DNA of 64,000 bases from Variovorax sp. (GTDB lineage: Bacteria > Pseudomonadota > Gammaproteobacteria > Burkholderiales > Burkholderiaceae_C). Below, one piece after another: positions 12,306 to 22,993 of the stretch (within the stretch, counting starts at the first letter, position 1; every line of letters begins with the position of its first letter). A program made the translations under genes and the position numbers. The notes under the pieces were generated by a model. It was not told the DNA's origin. It ran no database searches and saw only the letters and a list, made by a program, of their open reading frames with translations. Location: contig JANXTS010000016.1 of assembly GCA_025352265.1 (NCBI GenBank), positions 58,424 to 122,423 of the forward strand, written 5' to 3'.

Positions 12306-13088
12306 ATGAATAGCGAAGAGGGCATCGTGCTGAAGCTGGCCAACGTCGAGAGTTCATATGGACCCGTCAAGGCGATACGCGGCGTGAGCCTGCAGGTGCG
12401 CAAGGGCGAGATCGCCACCGTGCTCGGCTCCAACGGCGCCGGCAAAAGCACCATCCTGAAGACCATCTCGGGGGTACTCGATCCGGCCAAGGGCAGCATC
12501 GAATTCAAGGGCCGCGACATCACCGCGCAAGATCCGGCAGCCATCGTGCGCGCCGGCCTGAGCCACGTGCCGGAAGGGCGCGAAGTGTTCCCGTTGCTGT
12601 CGGTGCGCGACAACCTCATGATGGGCGCCTACACCCGTCGCGACCGCGACGGCGTAGCGCGCGACATCGAAGTGGTGTACGGGTACTTTCCCATCCTGCG
12701 CGACCGCGCTGCACAAGATGCGGGCCTGCTGTCGGGCGGGCAACAGCAAATGCTGGCGATCTCTCGTGCGCTCATGGCCGAGCCTGAACTGATCCTTCTC
12801 GACGAGCCCAGCCTGGGCCTAAGCCCGCGGCTGACCAAGGAGATCTTCGAGATCATCGTTCGCATCAACCGCGAACGCGGCACCACGATCCTGCTGGTCG
12901 AGCAAAACGCCAACATGGCGCTGAACGCGGCCGACTTCGGCTATGTGCTGGAGAACGGCCGCATCGTCATGGAAGACAGTTGCAGCGTGCTGCGCGAGAA
13001 GGACGACATCAAGGAGTTCTACCTGGGCGCGAAAGAGACCGGTGCCCGTGGCGAGCGCCGTTGGAAAAAGAAGAAGACGTGGCGTTGA
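12306..13088 (+). CDS. livF: ABC transporter ATP-binding protein (LivF family)
   Basis: 260 aa. Walker A GSNGAGKST, LSGGQQQML, LILLDEPSLGL. Confidence 0.9.
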   Translation: MNSEEGIVLKLANVESSYGPVKAIRGVSLQVRKGEIATVLGSNGAGKSTILKTISGVLDPAKGSIEFKGRDITAQDPAAIVRAGLSHVPEGREVFPLLSVRDNLMMGAYTRRDRDGVARDIEVVYGYFPILRDRAAQDAGLLSGGQQQMLAISRALMAEPELILLDEPSLGLSPRLTKEIFEIIVRINRERGTTILLVEQNANMALNAADFGYVLENGRIVMEDSCSVLREKDDIKEFYLGAKETGARGERRWKKKKTWR

Positions 13089-13135
13089 AAAAGAGCGCGA
13101 TCACGACCGCAAGCCCGACCGAAAGCCCGATCCGC

Positions 13136-15016
13136 ATGGCCACCCAAACTCTGTCGCAACCTGCGCATTCCTCGCAATCCGTCCAGTCCTTGCCCGACGG
13201 CGTCGACACGATCCCGCGCCTGTTTCAGTACGCCGTCGCGACACGCGGCAGCGACGTCATGCTGCGGCAGAAGGAACTCGGCATCTGGCGTGCGTACTCG
13301 TATGCCGAGGTCGGCGAGATCGTGGCCGACCTTGCCTGCGGCCTGGTCGGGCTCGGCCTGCAGCCGGGCGATGTCGTGTCTGTCTTGTCCAACACCAGCC
13401 GCGAGTGGCTGTGGACCGACCTGGCAGGCCTCACCGCAGGCGGTGTCGTCAGCGGCGTCTACCCGACCGACTCGGCCACGCAGCTTCAATACCTCTGCAC
13501 CGACTCCCGCACGACCATTCTGTTCGTCGAGAACGAGGAGCAGCTCGACAAGTTTCTCGACGTCGAGGACCAGCTACCGTTCGTTCGGCAGGTGATTGTG
13601 TTCGACATGGAAGGCCTGGCGCGGCTGGCGCATCCGCATGTCATGTCGCTCACGGTGCTCCTCTCTGCCGGCCACGCGCGCCGCGCGGCGGAACCCGGTC
13701 TGGTCGCGCAACGGCTGGCGAGCCGCGGCCCGGCCGACCTGGCCGTGTTGGTCTATACGTCGGGGACGACGGGCCGTCCCAAGGGCGCGATGATTTCGCA
13801 CGCCAACGTGATGGCCGCCGCTCGCACGTTGGAAGCTTTTTTACCAACCACGCGACTGCGCGAACGCGCGGCCTTCCTGCCGCTGTGTCACGTGTCGGAG
13901 CGCATCTTCGGCGAGTACTACGCGCTGTTGGTCGGGCAGACGATGAACTTCGTCGAAGACCCCGAGACCATCTTCGACAACATTCGGGAGATTCAGCCCG
14001 ACGTGTTCATGGCGGTGCCCCGCATCTGGGAAAAGCTCTACTCGAGCGTGACCACTTCGATGCGCGAGGCGACCTCGCTGGAGCAATGGGCTTACCACCG
14101 CGCACTGGCAGTGGGCAAGCAAGTCGCGCTATGCCGTGAGCAACGCACGCCGGTGCCCGCCGGCTTGCAATGCCGCTACTGGATCGCTCGAAAGCTGGTA
14201 CTCGACAATTTGCGAAAGATGATGGGCCTGGGCTGCGTCGAAGTCGCGATCACCGGTGCGGCGCCGATCTCCGCCGACCTCATTCGCTGGTTTCTGGCGC
14301 TCGGCATCGAGCTCGACGAGCTGTGGGGCATGACCGAAGTGACGGGCGCCGCCACCTGCAATCCGCAGGGCCGCAGCAAGCCGGGCAGCATCGGCATTCC
14401 GTTGCCGGGCTCGGAGGTGAAGCTGTCGGCCGAAGGCGAGCTGATGGTGCGCGGTGCGCAGGTCTTCATGGGATACCTCAACCTGCCTGAGAAGACGGCT
14501 GAGGTGCTGCAAGACGGATGGCTGAAGACGGGCGATGTGGGACGCGTCGACGACGACGGTTACTTCTACATCACCGACCGCATGAAGGACATCATCATCA
14601 CCGCCGGCGGCAAGAACGTGACGCCTTCGGAGTGGGAGAACCAGGTCAAGTTCAGCCCGTACGTGACCGATGCGGTGGTCATCGGCGACCGCCGCGCCTA
14701 CCTCAGTTGCCTGGTGATGATCGACCAGGAAAACGTCGAGCAATGGGCGCAGGAGCGCTCGGTCGCGTTCAGCGACTATCGCTCGCTCACGCGCAGCCGT
14801 GAAGTGACCGCGCTCATCGCCGAAGAGATCGAAAAGGTGAACAAGCACTTTGCGCGGGTCGAGCAAATCAAGCAGTTCCGGTTGATCGAAACCAGATTGA
14901 GTGCCGAGGACGAAGAGCTCACCCCGACGATGAAGCTCAAGCGCACGCTGGTCAACAAGAAGTACGCAAGCCTGATCGACTCGATGTACGCCAGCACGGC
15001 CGACCGGGCGGCCTGA
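13136..15016 (+). CDS. long-chain-type AMP-dependent acyl-CoA synthetase
   Basis: Motifs [43 protein letters not shown] at 13136 chosen; GTG at 13079, overlapping the livF end, is an alternative start. Confidence 0.85.
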   Translation: MATQTLSQPAHSSQSVQSLPDGVDTIPRLFQYAVATRGSDVMLRQKELGIWRAYSYAEVGEIVADLACGLVGLGLQPGDVVSVLSNTSREWLWTDLAGLTAGGVVSGVYPTDSATQLQYLCTDSRTTILFVENEEQLDKFLDVEDQLPFVRQVIVFDMEGLARLAHPHVMSLTVLLSAGHARRAAEPGLVAQRLASRGPADLAVLVYTSGTTGRPKGAMISHANVMAAARTLEAFLPTTRLRERAAFLPLCHVSERIFGEYYALLVGQTMNFVEDPETIFDNIREIQPDVFMAVPRIWEKLYSSVTTSMREATSLEQWAYHRALAVGKQVALCREQRTPVPAGLQCRYWIARKLVLDNLRKMMGLGCVEVAITGAAPISADLIRWFLALGIELDELWGMTEVTGAATCNPQGRSKPGSIGIPLPGSEVKLSAEGELMVRGAQVFMGYLNLPEKTAEVLQDGWLKTGDVGRVDDDGYFYITDRMKDIIITAGGKNVTPSEWENQVKFSPYVTDAVVIGDRRAYLSCLVMIDQENVEQWAQERSVAFSDYRSLTRSREVTALIAEEIEKVNKHFARVEQIKQFRLIETRLSAEDEELTPTMKLKRTLVNKKYASLIDSMYASTADRAA

Positions 15017-15019
15017 ACG

Positions 15020-15222
15020 ACATCAACTCGCGCCGCGTATCGGTTTCCGCGCGCAGCAGCGGCGTGTCGACCGCACCGGGGCACAGGCAGGCAGCTCACC
15101 CGAATGCCGCGGTCGCCATAGGTGATCGACAGCCACTCCGCGAAGGCGACGGCGGCATGTTTGCTCACGGCGTAGGGTGCGTCGAACTGCGACAGAAGTC
15201 CGGCCGCCGACACGGTCGAGGA
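15020..15222 (-). pseudogene. internal fragment of an SDR oxidoreductase gene, frameshifted (gene relic)
   Basis: The minus strand reads [44 protein letters not shown] (catalytic Ser and YxxxK). After an extra CCTG at about 15084-15094 a second frame reads [14 protein letters not shown]. There is no Rossmann N-terminus and no C-terminus. It lies in a 352-nt gap between two + strand genes. Confidence 0.7.
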
Positions 15223-15368
15223 GGCGCGCCAATTCGGCTTCGTCGGCGACATCGACGTGTGCGCCTCAGGGTGTGCCCGCACCGCTTCAGCGACTTGACG
15301 CAAGCGCCGCCAAATGCCCTTTGCTAGCCTTTGCAGGCGCTTCTCCGGCGCGTTCCAGGTGCTTTCCG

Positions 15369-17510
15369 ATGACTGAAAACGTGAACTTGACGGCCACTTC
15401 CGGCACTCTGGTGTCGCTGGTACGCCATGGCGACATCGCCGTGCTGCGCATCGCTAACCCGCCGGTCAACGCGCTGTCACCCGAGGTGGTCGCCGGCCTG
15501 GCCGCTGCCGTCGATGCGTTCGAGGCCGATCGCACGTACGCCGCGTTGCTGCTGCATTGCGAAGGCCGCACCTTCGTCGCAGGTGGTGACATTACGTCGT
15601 TCGACGACCCTGACTTTTCGGCTGCACTCTACAACGGCACGCTCGGCCGCATCGAAGCGCTCGACCGACCGGTAGCGGCGGCGCTGCACGGCACCGTGCT
15701 CGGCGGTGGCCTGGAACTGGCGCTGGCATGCCACTACCGCGTGGCGGTGCCGGGCACCCAGGTCGGCCTGCCCGAAGTCAAGCTCGGCATCCTCCCCGGC
15801 TCCCTCGGCACGCAGCGCCTGCCGCGCGTCGCCGGCATCGCACTGGCGCTCGACCTGATCGCCAGCGGCCGCAGCATCGACACGGCCACGGCACTGAAGG
15901 CCGGCATCGTCGACGAGGTGCGTGAAGGCAAGCCGCTGGACGTGGGGCTCGCGTACGCGCACGCGCTTGTCGAACGCAAAGCGGCGCCGCGCCGCCTGAG
16001 CGCACGGCCCGTATCGCGCGACAGCGTACCCGCCGACTTCTTCGACAAGGCACTGGCCGACGCGGCAAGCCGCAAGGCCTTCTATCCCTCGGCCCGCAAC
16101 ATCGTGCTGGCGGTGCAGGCATCGACGCTGCCCTTCGCCGAGGGCGAAGCGATCGAAGCTCGGCTCTTCGAAGAACTGCGTGTCTCGCCCGAATCGAAGG
16201 CCATGCGCCACCTGTTCTTCGCCGAGCGCCAGGCCGCCAAGATTTCAGGGCTCGCCAAGGACGTCAGGCTGCGCCCCATCGCCTTGGTCGGCATCCTCGG
16301 CGCCGGCACGATGGGCGGTGGCATTGCGATGAACTTTGCCAACGCCGGCATTCCGACGGTGCTGGTCGAAGCGTCTCAAGCTGCACTGGACCGCGGGCTC
16401 GGACTGGTGCGCGCCAACTACGAAGCCAGCGCCGCCAAGGGCCGGCTCACGACCGGGCAGGTCGAACAACGCATGGCACTGCTGAGCGGCTCGCTCGACG
16501 ACTCGGCACTGGCGGATTGCGATCTCGTGATCGAAGCGGTGTTCGAGAACATGGACCTGAAGAAGCAGGTGTGTGCGCGTCTCGGCAAGGTCTGCAAGTC
16601 CGGCGCCATCATCGCGACCAACACGTCCACGCTCGATGTCGACGTGCTGGCGGAAGCCACGGGTCGCCCGGCGGACGTGGTCGGCATGCACTTCTTCAGC
16701 CCCGCCAACGTGATGCGCCTGCTCGAAGTGGTGCGCGGCGCGAAGACCGCGCCCGATGTGCTCGCGACCGTGATGCAGGTGGCCCGCAGGATCGGCAAAG
16801 TGGCAGCGGTGTCGGGCGTGTGCTACGGCTTCATCGGCAACCGCATGGCCGAGGTCTACATGCGCGAGGCCGAGTTCCTGATGATGGAAGGCGCCAGTTC
16901 GGCCGAGATCGACGGTGCGGTCGAAGCGCTCGGCATGGCGATGGGCCCGTGCCGCATGCTCGACATGGCGGGCATCGACTTCGGCGCCAAGACCGTCATC
17001 GAGTACGGCAAGGCCGGCGGCCTGCCGCCCGACGACAGCTACCGCGCGGTGGTGCGCAAGATGTTCGAGCTCGGCCGCTTCGGCCAGAAGACCGGCTCGG
17101 GCTACTACCGCTACGACGGCCGCAAGCCGGTGACCGATCCTGAAACCGCGCGCATTGCCAAAGAGCAGGCAGCGATGCATGGCATCGCGCAGCGCACCGA
17201 CATCGGCCAGCAGCAGATCGTCGAGCGCCTGTTGTACCCGCTCATCAACGAAGGCGCGAAGATTCTGGAGGAAGGCATCGCCTACCGGCCGGGCGACATC
17301 GACATCGTATGGACCGCCGGCTACGGCTTTCCGGACCACAAGGGCGGGCCGATGTGGATGGCCGACGGCATCGGGCTCGTGGCCATCGCCGAGCGGCTGG
17401 CGCATTACGCCCAGGTGCGTGGCAACCCATTCGGCTACTGGACCGTGTCGTCGTTGCTGGCTAGCCTCGCGAAGAGCGGCCAGCGCGTCTCCGACTGGCA
17501 AGCCGCCTGA
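15369..17510 (+). CDS. bifunctional enoyl-CoA hydratase / 3-hydroxyacyl-CoA dehydrogenase (FadB/FadN type)
   Basis: ATG at 15369 inside track ORF 15177..17510. N-terminal crotonase ([19 protein letters not shown]) and C-terminal HCDH Rossmann fold ([14 protein letters not shown]). Confidence 0.9.
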   Translation: MTENVNLTATSGTLVSLVRHGDIAVLRIANPPVNALSPEVVAGLAAAVDAFEADRTYAALLLHCEGRTFVAGGDITSFDDPDFSAALYNGTLGRIEALDRPVAAALHGTVLGGGLELALACHYRVAVPGTQVGLPEVKLGILPGSLGTQRLPRVAGIALALDLIASGRSIDTATALKAGIVDEVREGKPLDVGLAYAHALVERKAAPRRLSARPVSRDSVPADFFDKALADAASRKAFYPSARNIVLAVQASTLPFAEGEAIEARLFEELRVSPESKAMRHLFFAERQAAKISGLAKDVRLRPIALVGILGAGTMGGGIAMNFANAGIPTVLVEASQAALDRGLGLVRANYEASAAKGRLTTGQVEQRMALLSGSLDDSALADCDLVIEAVFENMDLKKQVCARLGKVCKSGAIIATNTSTLDVDVLAEATGRPADVVGMHFFSPANVMRLLEVVRGAKTAPDVLATVMQVARRIGKVAAVSGVCYGFIGNRMAEVYMREAEFLMMEGASSAEIDGAVEALGMAMGPCRMLDMAGIDFGAKTVIEYGKAGGLPPDDSYRAVVRKMFELGRFGQKTGSGYYRYDGRKPVTDPETARIAKEQAAMHGIAQRTDIGQQQIVERLLYPLINEGAKILEEGIAYRPGDIDIVWTAGYGFPDHKGGPMWMADGIGLVAIAERLAHYAQVRGNPFGYWTVSSLLASLAKSGQRVSDWQAA

Positions 17511-17535
17511 GTCCAACTGAACGGAAGTCCAATCC

Positions 17536-19122
17536 ATGCCAAATCACACCCTCGTCGACAGCCTGCTTCGCCAGGTCGCCACCCGTCCCGATGCGCTCGC
17601 GTACCGAGGCGGCGAGCGACGGCTGACGTTTCGCGATGTAGAAGAACGCAGCAACCGCATCGCCAATGCACTCGCTGCAATGGGCGTCGGGCGCGGCACG
17701 CGCGTGGCGCTGCTGACCAAGCAGCACATCGAATGCCTGCTGGTCACGATGGCTGCATGCAAGCTCGGGGCGGTATGCATGCCGGTCAACTGGCGCCTGG
17801 CCGTGCCGGAGATCGAATACATCGTGAACAACGGCGAGGCGCCGTTCCTGATGGTCGACGCTGCTTTCGTCGCGACCGCGCGAGCTGCCGCGTTGCCTTC
17901 GATCAAGCAGGTGGTTTGCACCGAAGAAACGGTGGGCGATGTGCAGTCGCTCGAGCAATGGGCTGCGGCTTGGCCGACCACGTTTGCACCCGTCGCGGTC
18001 GACACGCACGACGCGGCGTTGCAGCTCTACTCGTCCGGCACCACAGGCTTGCCGAAGGGCGTGGTGCTGACGCATGCCGGGCTGCTGTCGGCGATGCGCG
18101 TCGTCGCGCATGACTGGAAGTTCGACGAGCGCAACGTGCTCGGCAATCCGCTGCCGGTATTCCATGTGGCCGGCATGACGATGCTGCTGCTCACGCTGGA
18201 GACCGGTGGCCATACGGCAGTCTTCGCGGACTTCGACCCCGCCGATTACCTCAAGAGCTTTGCACGGCACGGCATCACGCACACCTTCGTGGTGCCGGCG
18301 ATGATTTTGTTCATGCTGCAGGTAGCCTCATCGAAAGCAAAAGACAAACCCGATGAAAAGTACGACTTCAGCAATTTGCAACTGATGGCCTACGGCGGAT
18401 CGCCCATCAGCGAGACGGTGCTGAAGCAGGCGGTCGCGCTTTTCGGCTGCGACTTCCTGCAGGTCTACGGACTCACCGAAGTCTCGGGACCGGCGACCTT
18501 TCTCTTCCCTGAAGATCATCGGGCCGGCGATGCGGACTTGCTGCGCTCTGCTGGCCGCCCGATCGGTGGCGCGCGGCTTCGGATCGTGGACCCGGTCACG
18601 CAGCAAGATCTGACCGATGGCGAGGTCGGCGAAATCTGGATCGAGTCGGATCGCAACCTGAAAGAGTACTGGCGCAACCCCGAAGCGACGGCCGCCGCCT
18701 ACCCGGAAGGCCGCAACGACAACGGCGGCTGGTTTCGCTCCGGCGACGGCGGCTACCTGAAGAGCGGCTACCTCTACATCCACGACCGCATCAAGGACAT
18801 GATCCTGTCGGGCGGCGAGAACATCTATCCGGCCGAAGTCGAGAACGTGTTGATGCGGCACCCCGCGGTGGCCGACGGCGCGGTGATCGGCGTGCCCGAC
18901 GCGACCTGGGGCGAAGCGGTCAAGGCCTGCGTCGTGTTGCGGCCGGGCATGCAGGCGGACCCACGCGACATCATCGATTTCATGCGCGCCAACCTCGCGC
19001 ACTTCAAGTGCCCGAAGACGGTCGACATCGTCGAAGCATTGCCGCGTAACCCGAGCGGAAAGATCCTGAAACGCATTCTGCGCGAGCCTTATTGGCAGGG
19101 CCAGACACGGGCCATCGGGTAG
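17536..19122 (+). CDS. AMP-dependent acyl-CoA synthetase/ligase
   Basis: 528 aa. Motifs [39 protein letters not shown]. Confidence 0.9.
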   Translation: MPNHTLVDSLLRQVATRPDALAYRGGERRLTFRDVEERSNRIANALAAMGVGRGTRVALLTKQHIECLLVTMAACKLGAVCMPVNWRLAVPEIEYIVNNGEAPFLMVDAAFVATARAAALPSIKQVVCTEETVGDVQSLEQWAAAWPTTFAPVAVDTHDAALQLYSSGTTGLPKGVVLTHAGLLSAMRVVAHDWKFDERNVLGNPLPVFHVAGMTMLLLTLETGGHTAVFADFDPADYLKSFARHGITHTFVVPAMILFMLQVASSKAKDKPDEKYDFSNLQLMAYGGSPISETVLKQAVALFGCDFLQVYGLTEVSGPATFLFPEDHRAGDADLLRSAGRPIGGARLRIVDPVTQQDLTDGEVGEIWIESDRNLKEYWRNPEATAAAYPEGRNDNGGWFRSGDGGYLKSGYLYIHDRIKDMILSGGENIYPAEVENVLMRHPAVADGAVIGVPDATWGEAVKACVVLRPGMQADPRDIIDFMRANLAHFKCPKTVDIVEALPRNPSGKILKRILREPYWQGQTRAIG

Positions 19123-19156
19123 TCGAATTAGTCAGTCAATACAAAGGGAGACAAGC

Positions 19157-20362
19157 ATGTCGTTGAAAAAATGGATCGTCGCCGCGTCGACGTTGGTGGC
19201 CGCTGCCGGCCTGTGGCTCGCAGCGCCTGCGCACGCGCAAGACAAGCCGATCAAGATCGCGTTGATCGCGAGCAAGACCGGCCCTTCGGAGGCCTATGCG
19301 CGCGACACCGAGCGCGGCTTTAGGCTCGGGCTCGAGTACCTCACCGGTGGCACCATGACGTTGCTGGGTCGCAAGATCGAGGTCATCGTCAAGGACGACC
19401 AGATGAAGCCCGAGCTGTCGAAAGCCATGCTGACCGAAGCACTCGCCGACGACAAGGCCGACATCGCCGTCGGCACCTCGTGGTCTGGCGGCGCGCTGTC
19501 GATGGCGCCGGTCGCGGAGGAGTACGGCAAGATCCTGATGGTCGAGCCGGCCATCGCCGATTCACTCACCGGATCGGCTTGGAACAAGTACCTCTTCAGG
19601 GCCAGCCGCAACTCGTTCCAGGATGCGCTGGCCAGCGCTGCCGGCCTGAAAGACGGCGACAACATCGCCTTTCTCGCACCCGACTACGTGTACGGCAAAG
19701 ACGGCGTCAAGGCTTTCAAGGATGCGATGACGCAGACCAAGAGCACCGCCAAGGTCGTGCACGAGGAGTTCATCCCGCTGGCGACATCCGACTTCACCGC
19801 GCCGATGCAACGCATCTTCGACGCCATGAAAAACGTGACCGGGCGCAAGTACCTGGTGGTGATCTGGGGCGCACCGAATCCGATCCGCAAGATCAGCGAA
19901 CTCAATCCCGGCCGCTACGGCATCGAGTTCCTGTCGATCGGCGGCGCCAACCTCGAGAACACCAAACCGTGGAAGGGGCTCGACGTGACCGGCGGTACCT
20001 TCTACTACTACGGCTTCCCGAAGAACTCGATGAACGACTGGCTCGTCACCGAACACCAGAAGCGCTTCCAGGTGCCACCGGACCTGTTCACCGCCGGCGG
20101 CTTCGTCAGTGCAGCGGCCATCGTCGCCGGCATCAAGAAGGCCGGCTCGGTCGACACGCCCAAGCTGATCGCGGCGATGGAAGGCATGGAGTTCGACACG
20201 CCCAAAGGCAAGATGACTTTCCGGAAGGAAGACCATCAGGCGATGCAGGCGCAATACCAGTTCAAGATGAAGAAGACGCCCGCCAGCGAGTGGGACTTGC
20301 TCGAACTGGTGCGTGAAATCCCGGCATCGGAAATGCCGGTGCCGACCAACGCCAAGCGCTGA
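19157..20362 (+). CDS. ABC transporter substrate-binding protein (LivK/Leu-Ile-Val-binding family), exported
   Basis: 401 aa. Sec signal MSLKKWIVAASTLVAAAGLWLAAPAHA. Type-1 periplasmic binding fold pattern (IKIALIASKTGP...). GGGAGA RBS. Confidence 0.88.
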   Translation: MSLKKWIVAASTLVAAAGLWLAAPAHAQDKPIKIALIASKTGPSEAYARDTERGFRLGLEYLTGGTMTLLGRKIEVIVKDDQMKPELSKAMLTEALADDKADIAVGTSWSGGALSMAPVAEEYGKILMVEPAIADSLTGSAWNKYLFRASRNSFQDALASAAGLKDGDNIAFLAPDYVYGKDGVKAFKDAMTQTKSTAKVVHEEFIPLATSDFTAPMQRIFDAMKNVTGRKYLVVIWGAPNPIRKISELNPGRYGIEFLSIGGANLENTKPWKGLDVTGGTFYYYGFPKNSMNDWLVTEHQKRFQVPPDLFTAGGFVSAAAIVAGIKKAGSVDTPKLIAAMEGMEFDTPKGKMTFRKEDHQAMQAQYQFKMKKTPASEWDLLELVREIPASEMPVPTNAKR

Positions 20363-20366
20363 CGCG

Positions 20367-21167
20367 ATGAACGGATCGGTCGGAGCGGCAGCGCTGTCCA
20401 GCATTGGCCTTGGCATTCGTTTCGGCGGCCACGCGGCCGTCGACGATGTGTCGGCCGAGTTCGGTGCGGGCACGCTGACGGCCATCGTCGGGCCCAACGG
20501 CGCCGGTAAGACGACCTACTTCAACTTGCTGTCGGGCCAACTGCGCGCGTCGGCGGGGGCGGTACGGTTGAAGGGTGAAGACATCACACGGCTGAGCGCC
20601 GCGCAGCGCACGAGCAAAGGCATCGGCCGCGCGTTCCAGCTCACCAATCTGTTTCCCCGCCTTTCGGTCGCCGAGAACGTGCGGCTGGCGGTGCAGAGCC
20701 GGCACAGCGCGGGCTTCAACATGCTCGCCATGTGGCGCGGCCGACGCGACCTGATCGAGCAGGCCGACCGTTATCTTGAAGAAGTCGGCCTGGCCGGCCG
20801 GCGCAACGATGTCGCGTCCAAGCTGCCGCACGGCGACAAACGCAAGCTCGAAGTCGCGATCCTGATGGCGCTGGAGCCGGAGATATTGATGTTCGATGAA
20901 CCGACTGCGGGCATGAGCGTCGACGAAGTGCCGGTCATCCTCGAACTGATTCGCCGGCTGAAGGCGCGCGGCGACAAGACCATCCTGCTGGTCGAGCACA
21001 AGATGGACGTGATCCATTCGCTGGCCGACCGCATCGTGGTCCTGCACAACGGCCGGCTCGTGGCAGACGGGTTGCCGAAAGACGTGATGGCATCGGCCAT
21101 CGTGCAGGAGGCTTACCTCGGCATGAAGCGGCCGGTGGTGCAGCGCGAGGAGGCAATGCATGCTTGA
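20367..21167 (+). CDS. ABC transporter ATP-binding protein (LivG family)
   Basis: ATG at 20367, 2 nt after the binding-protein stop. Walker A GPNGAGKTT and ILMFDEPTAGM. Confidence 0.88.
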   Translation: MNGSVGAAALSSIGLGIRFGGHAAVDDVSAEFGAGTLTAIVGPNGAGKTTYFNLLSGQLRASAGAVRLKGEDITRLSAAQRTSKGIGRAFQLTNLFPRLSVAENVRLAVQSRHSAGFNMLAMWRGRRDLIEQADRYLEEVGLAGRRNDVASKLPHGDKRKLEVAILMALEPEILMFDEPTAGMSVDEVPVILELIRRLKARGDKTILLVEHKMDVIHSLADRIVVLHNGRLVADGLPKDVMASAIVQEAYLGMKRPVVQREEAMHA

Positions 21168-21927
21168 CGCCGCTGCCGCTCTGGCGCGCTCATTGCGCTC
21201 GCCCACTGTGCCGTTACTGACACTCGAAGGGGTGCACACGCACATCGGCGAGTACCACATCCTGCAAGGCGTCGACCTCGTGGTGCCACGCGCCGGACTC
21301 ACCGTTTTGCTCGGCCGCAACGGCGCAGGCAAGAGCACTACGCTGCGCACGATCATGGGTCTGTGGCATGCCAGCGCAGGTAAGTTGCAATTCGACGGCA
21401 ACGACATCACGACTGAGGCGACACCCGACATTTCGCGTCGCGGCATCGCCTTCGTGCCCGAAGACATGGGCATCTTCTCGGGCCTGACGGTGCAGGAGAA
21501 TCTGCGTCTCGCCGCCATCGGCGGGCGCTTCGACCAGGCCCGACTCGACTGGATCTTCAGCCTCTTCCCGGCGCTCAAGCGCTTCTGGCTGCGGCCGGGC
21601 GGTACGCTTTCCGGCGGACAAAAGCAGATGGTCGCCATCGCGCGCGCCATCATCGAGCCACGCAAGCTGCTACTGATCGACGAGCCGACCAAGGGGCTTG
21701 CGCCGGCCATCGTCGACAACCTGTCACAGGCCTTCATCGAGCTGAAGGCACGCGACACGACCATCCTGCTGGTTGAGCAGAACTTTCATTTCGTTCGCGC
21801 TCTCGGCGATCACGTGGCCGTGATGGACGACGGCCGCATCGTGCATGCGGGCAGCATGCAAGCACTGTCGGACGACGAGTCGTTGCAGGCGCGGCTGCTC
21901 GGGCTGCATGCGGGCGCGGTGCATTAG
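21160..21927 (+). CDS. ABC transporter ATP-binding protein (LivF family)
   Basis: 255 aa. Walker A GRNGAGKST, LSGGQKQM, LLLIDEPTKGL. 8-nt overlap with the upstream gene. Confidence 0.88.
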   Translation: MLDAAAALARSLRSPTVPLLTLEGVHTHIGEYHILQGVDLVVPRAGLTVLLGRNGAGKSTTLRTIMGLWHASAGKLQFDGNDITTEATPDISRRGIAFVPEDMGIFSGLTVQENLRLAAIGGRFDQARLDWIFSLFPALKRFWLRPGGTLSGGQKQMVAIARAIIEPRKLLLIDEPTKGLAPAIVDNLSQAFIELKARDTTILLVEQNFHFVRALGDHVAVMDDGRIVHAGSMQALSDDESLQARLLGLHAGAVH

Positions 21928-22971
21928 ATGTCGGCGAACCCACCCACCACCATGGCGTCCGCGATCGACAGCGCCGCACTCGAAGCATTGCCCGGTCGCC
22001 AGCGCGACCTCGTCCCCGGCCTGCTGATCCTCGGCTTCATCGTGCTGGCGTTGCCTGTTGTGGGCAGCGTGCCGACCTGGATCACGCTCACCGTGGCGGC
22101 GTTAGCGATGGGAATGATGCTGTTCATCATGGCCAGCGGCCTCACGCTGGTGTTCGGCCTGATGGACGTCATGAACCTCGGCCATGCGGCCTTCGTCGCG
22201 GTGGGTGCCTACACCGCGACGCTGATTGTCGGGCCGCTCAAGGGCTTGCTCGAATCGGGGTCGGTGGTTGCCAGCCTGCTGGCGATCTTCGCGGTGATCG
22301 TGGTGGCGATGCTCGTCACCGCAGCGCTCGGCTGGGTCTACGAGCGGCTCTTCATCAAGCCGGTATACGGCGACCACCTGAAGCAAATTCTCATCACCAT
22401 CGGCGCGATGATCATCATCGAGCAACTGGTGCTGGTGCTGTTCGGCGCTAACCAGATGCTGCTGCCGCTGCCCGAGACGGTGCGCGGCTCTTTCGTCATC
22501 GGCGACGTGTCGATCGAGCGCTACCGACTGGTCGCGGTTGCCGTCGGCCTGGTGGTCTATGTCGGGCTCACGCTGCTGCTGAGCCGCACGCGTGTCGGGC
22601 TGCTGATTCGCGCGGGTGTGGAGAACCGTTCGATGGTCGAGGCGCTCGGCTACCGCATTCGCGGCGTGTTCGTCGCGGTGTTCGTCGGCGGCTCGGCGCT
22701 CGCAGGGCTGGGCGGCGTGATGTGGGGCTTCTACCGTGAGCAGTTCACAGTGGCCATCGGAGCCGAGGTGCTGGTGCAGATGCTCATCATCGTCATCATC
22801 GGCGGGCTCGGCTCGGTCACCGGCTGCTTCGCGGGCGCGATGCTGATTGCGCTGAGCACCAACTACGTCAGCTTCTTGCTGCCCGACCTCGCGCTGGTGT
22901 CGAACATCCTGGTAATGATGATCGTGCTGCTGTGGCGGCCGCAAGGCTTGTATTCGGTGAACAAGCACTGA
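21928..22971 (+). CDS. ABC transporter permease (LivH family)
   Basis: 347 aa polytopic membrane protein. ATG immediately follows the TAG of the previous gene. Confidence 0.85.
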   Translation: MSANPPTTMASAIDSAALEALPGRQRDLVPGLLILGFIVLALPVVGSVPTWITLTVAALAMGMMLFIMASGLTLVFGLMDVMNLGHAAFVAVGAYTATLIVGPLKGLLESGSVVASLLAIFAVIVVAMLVTAALGWVYERLFIKPVYGDHLKQILITIGAMIIIEQLVLVLFGANQMLLPLPETVRGSFVIGDVSIERYRLVAVAVGLVVYVGLTLLLSRTRVGLLIRAGVENRSMVEALGYRIRGVFVAVFVGGSALAGLGGVMWGFYREQFTVAIGAEVLVQMLIIVIIGGLGSVTGCFAGAMLIALSTNYVSFLLPDLALVSNILVMMIVLLWRPQGLYSVNKH

Positions 22972-22993
22972 CGCACGCATACGGACCGAACCC

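Noticed and set aside
11048-12619. 523-aa ORF on the - strand (also 10326..11519, 397 aa)
   Set aside because: Antisense to livM/livG/livF, which have Walker motifs and membrane topology on the + strand.
15223-15368. Possible further upstream part of the SDR relic (NNAG region or Rossmann fold)
   Set aside because: None of the three minus-strand frames gave a convincing SDR-like segment beyond the STVSAAG region, so the relic is limited to about 15020-15222.
16245-17537. 430-aa ORF on the - strand
   Set aside because: Antisense to the FadB-type gene. No recognisable domain.
20262-21764. 500-aa ORF on the - strand
   Set aside because: Antisense to two ABC ATPase genes with clear Walker A/B motifs.
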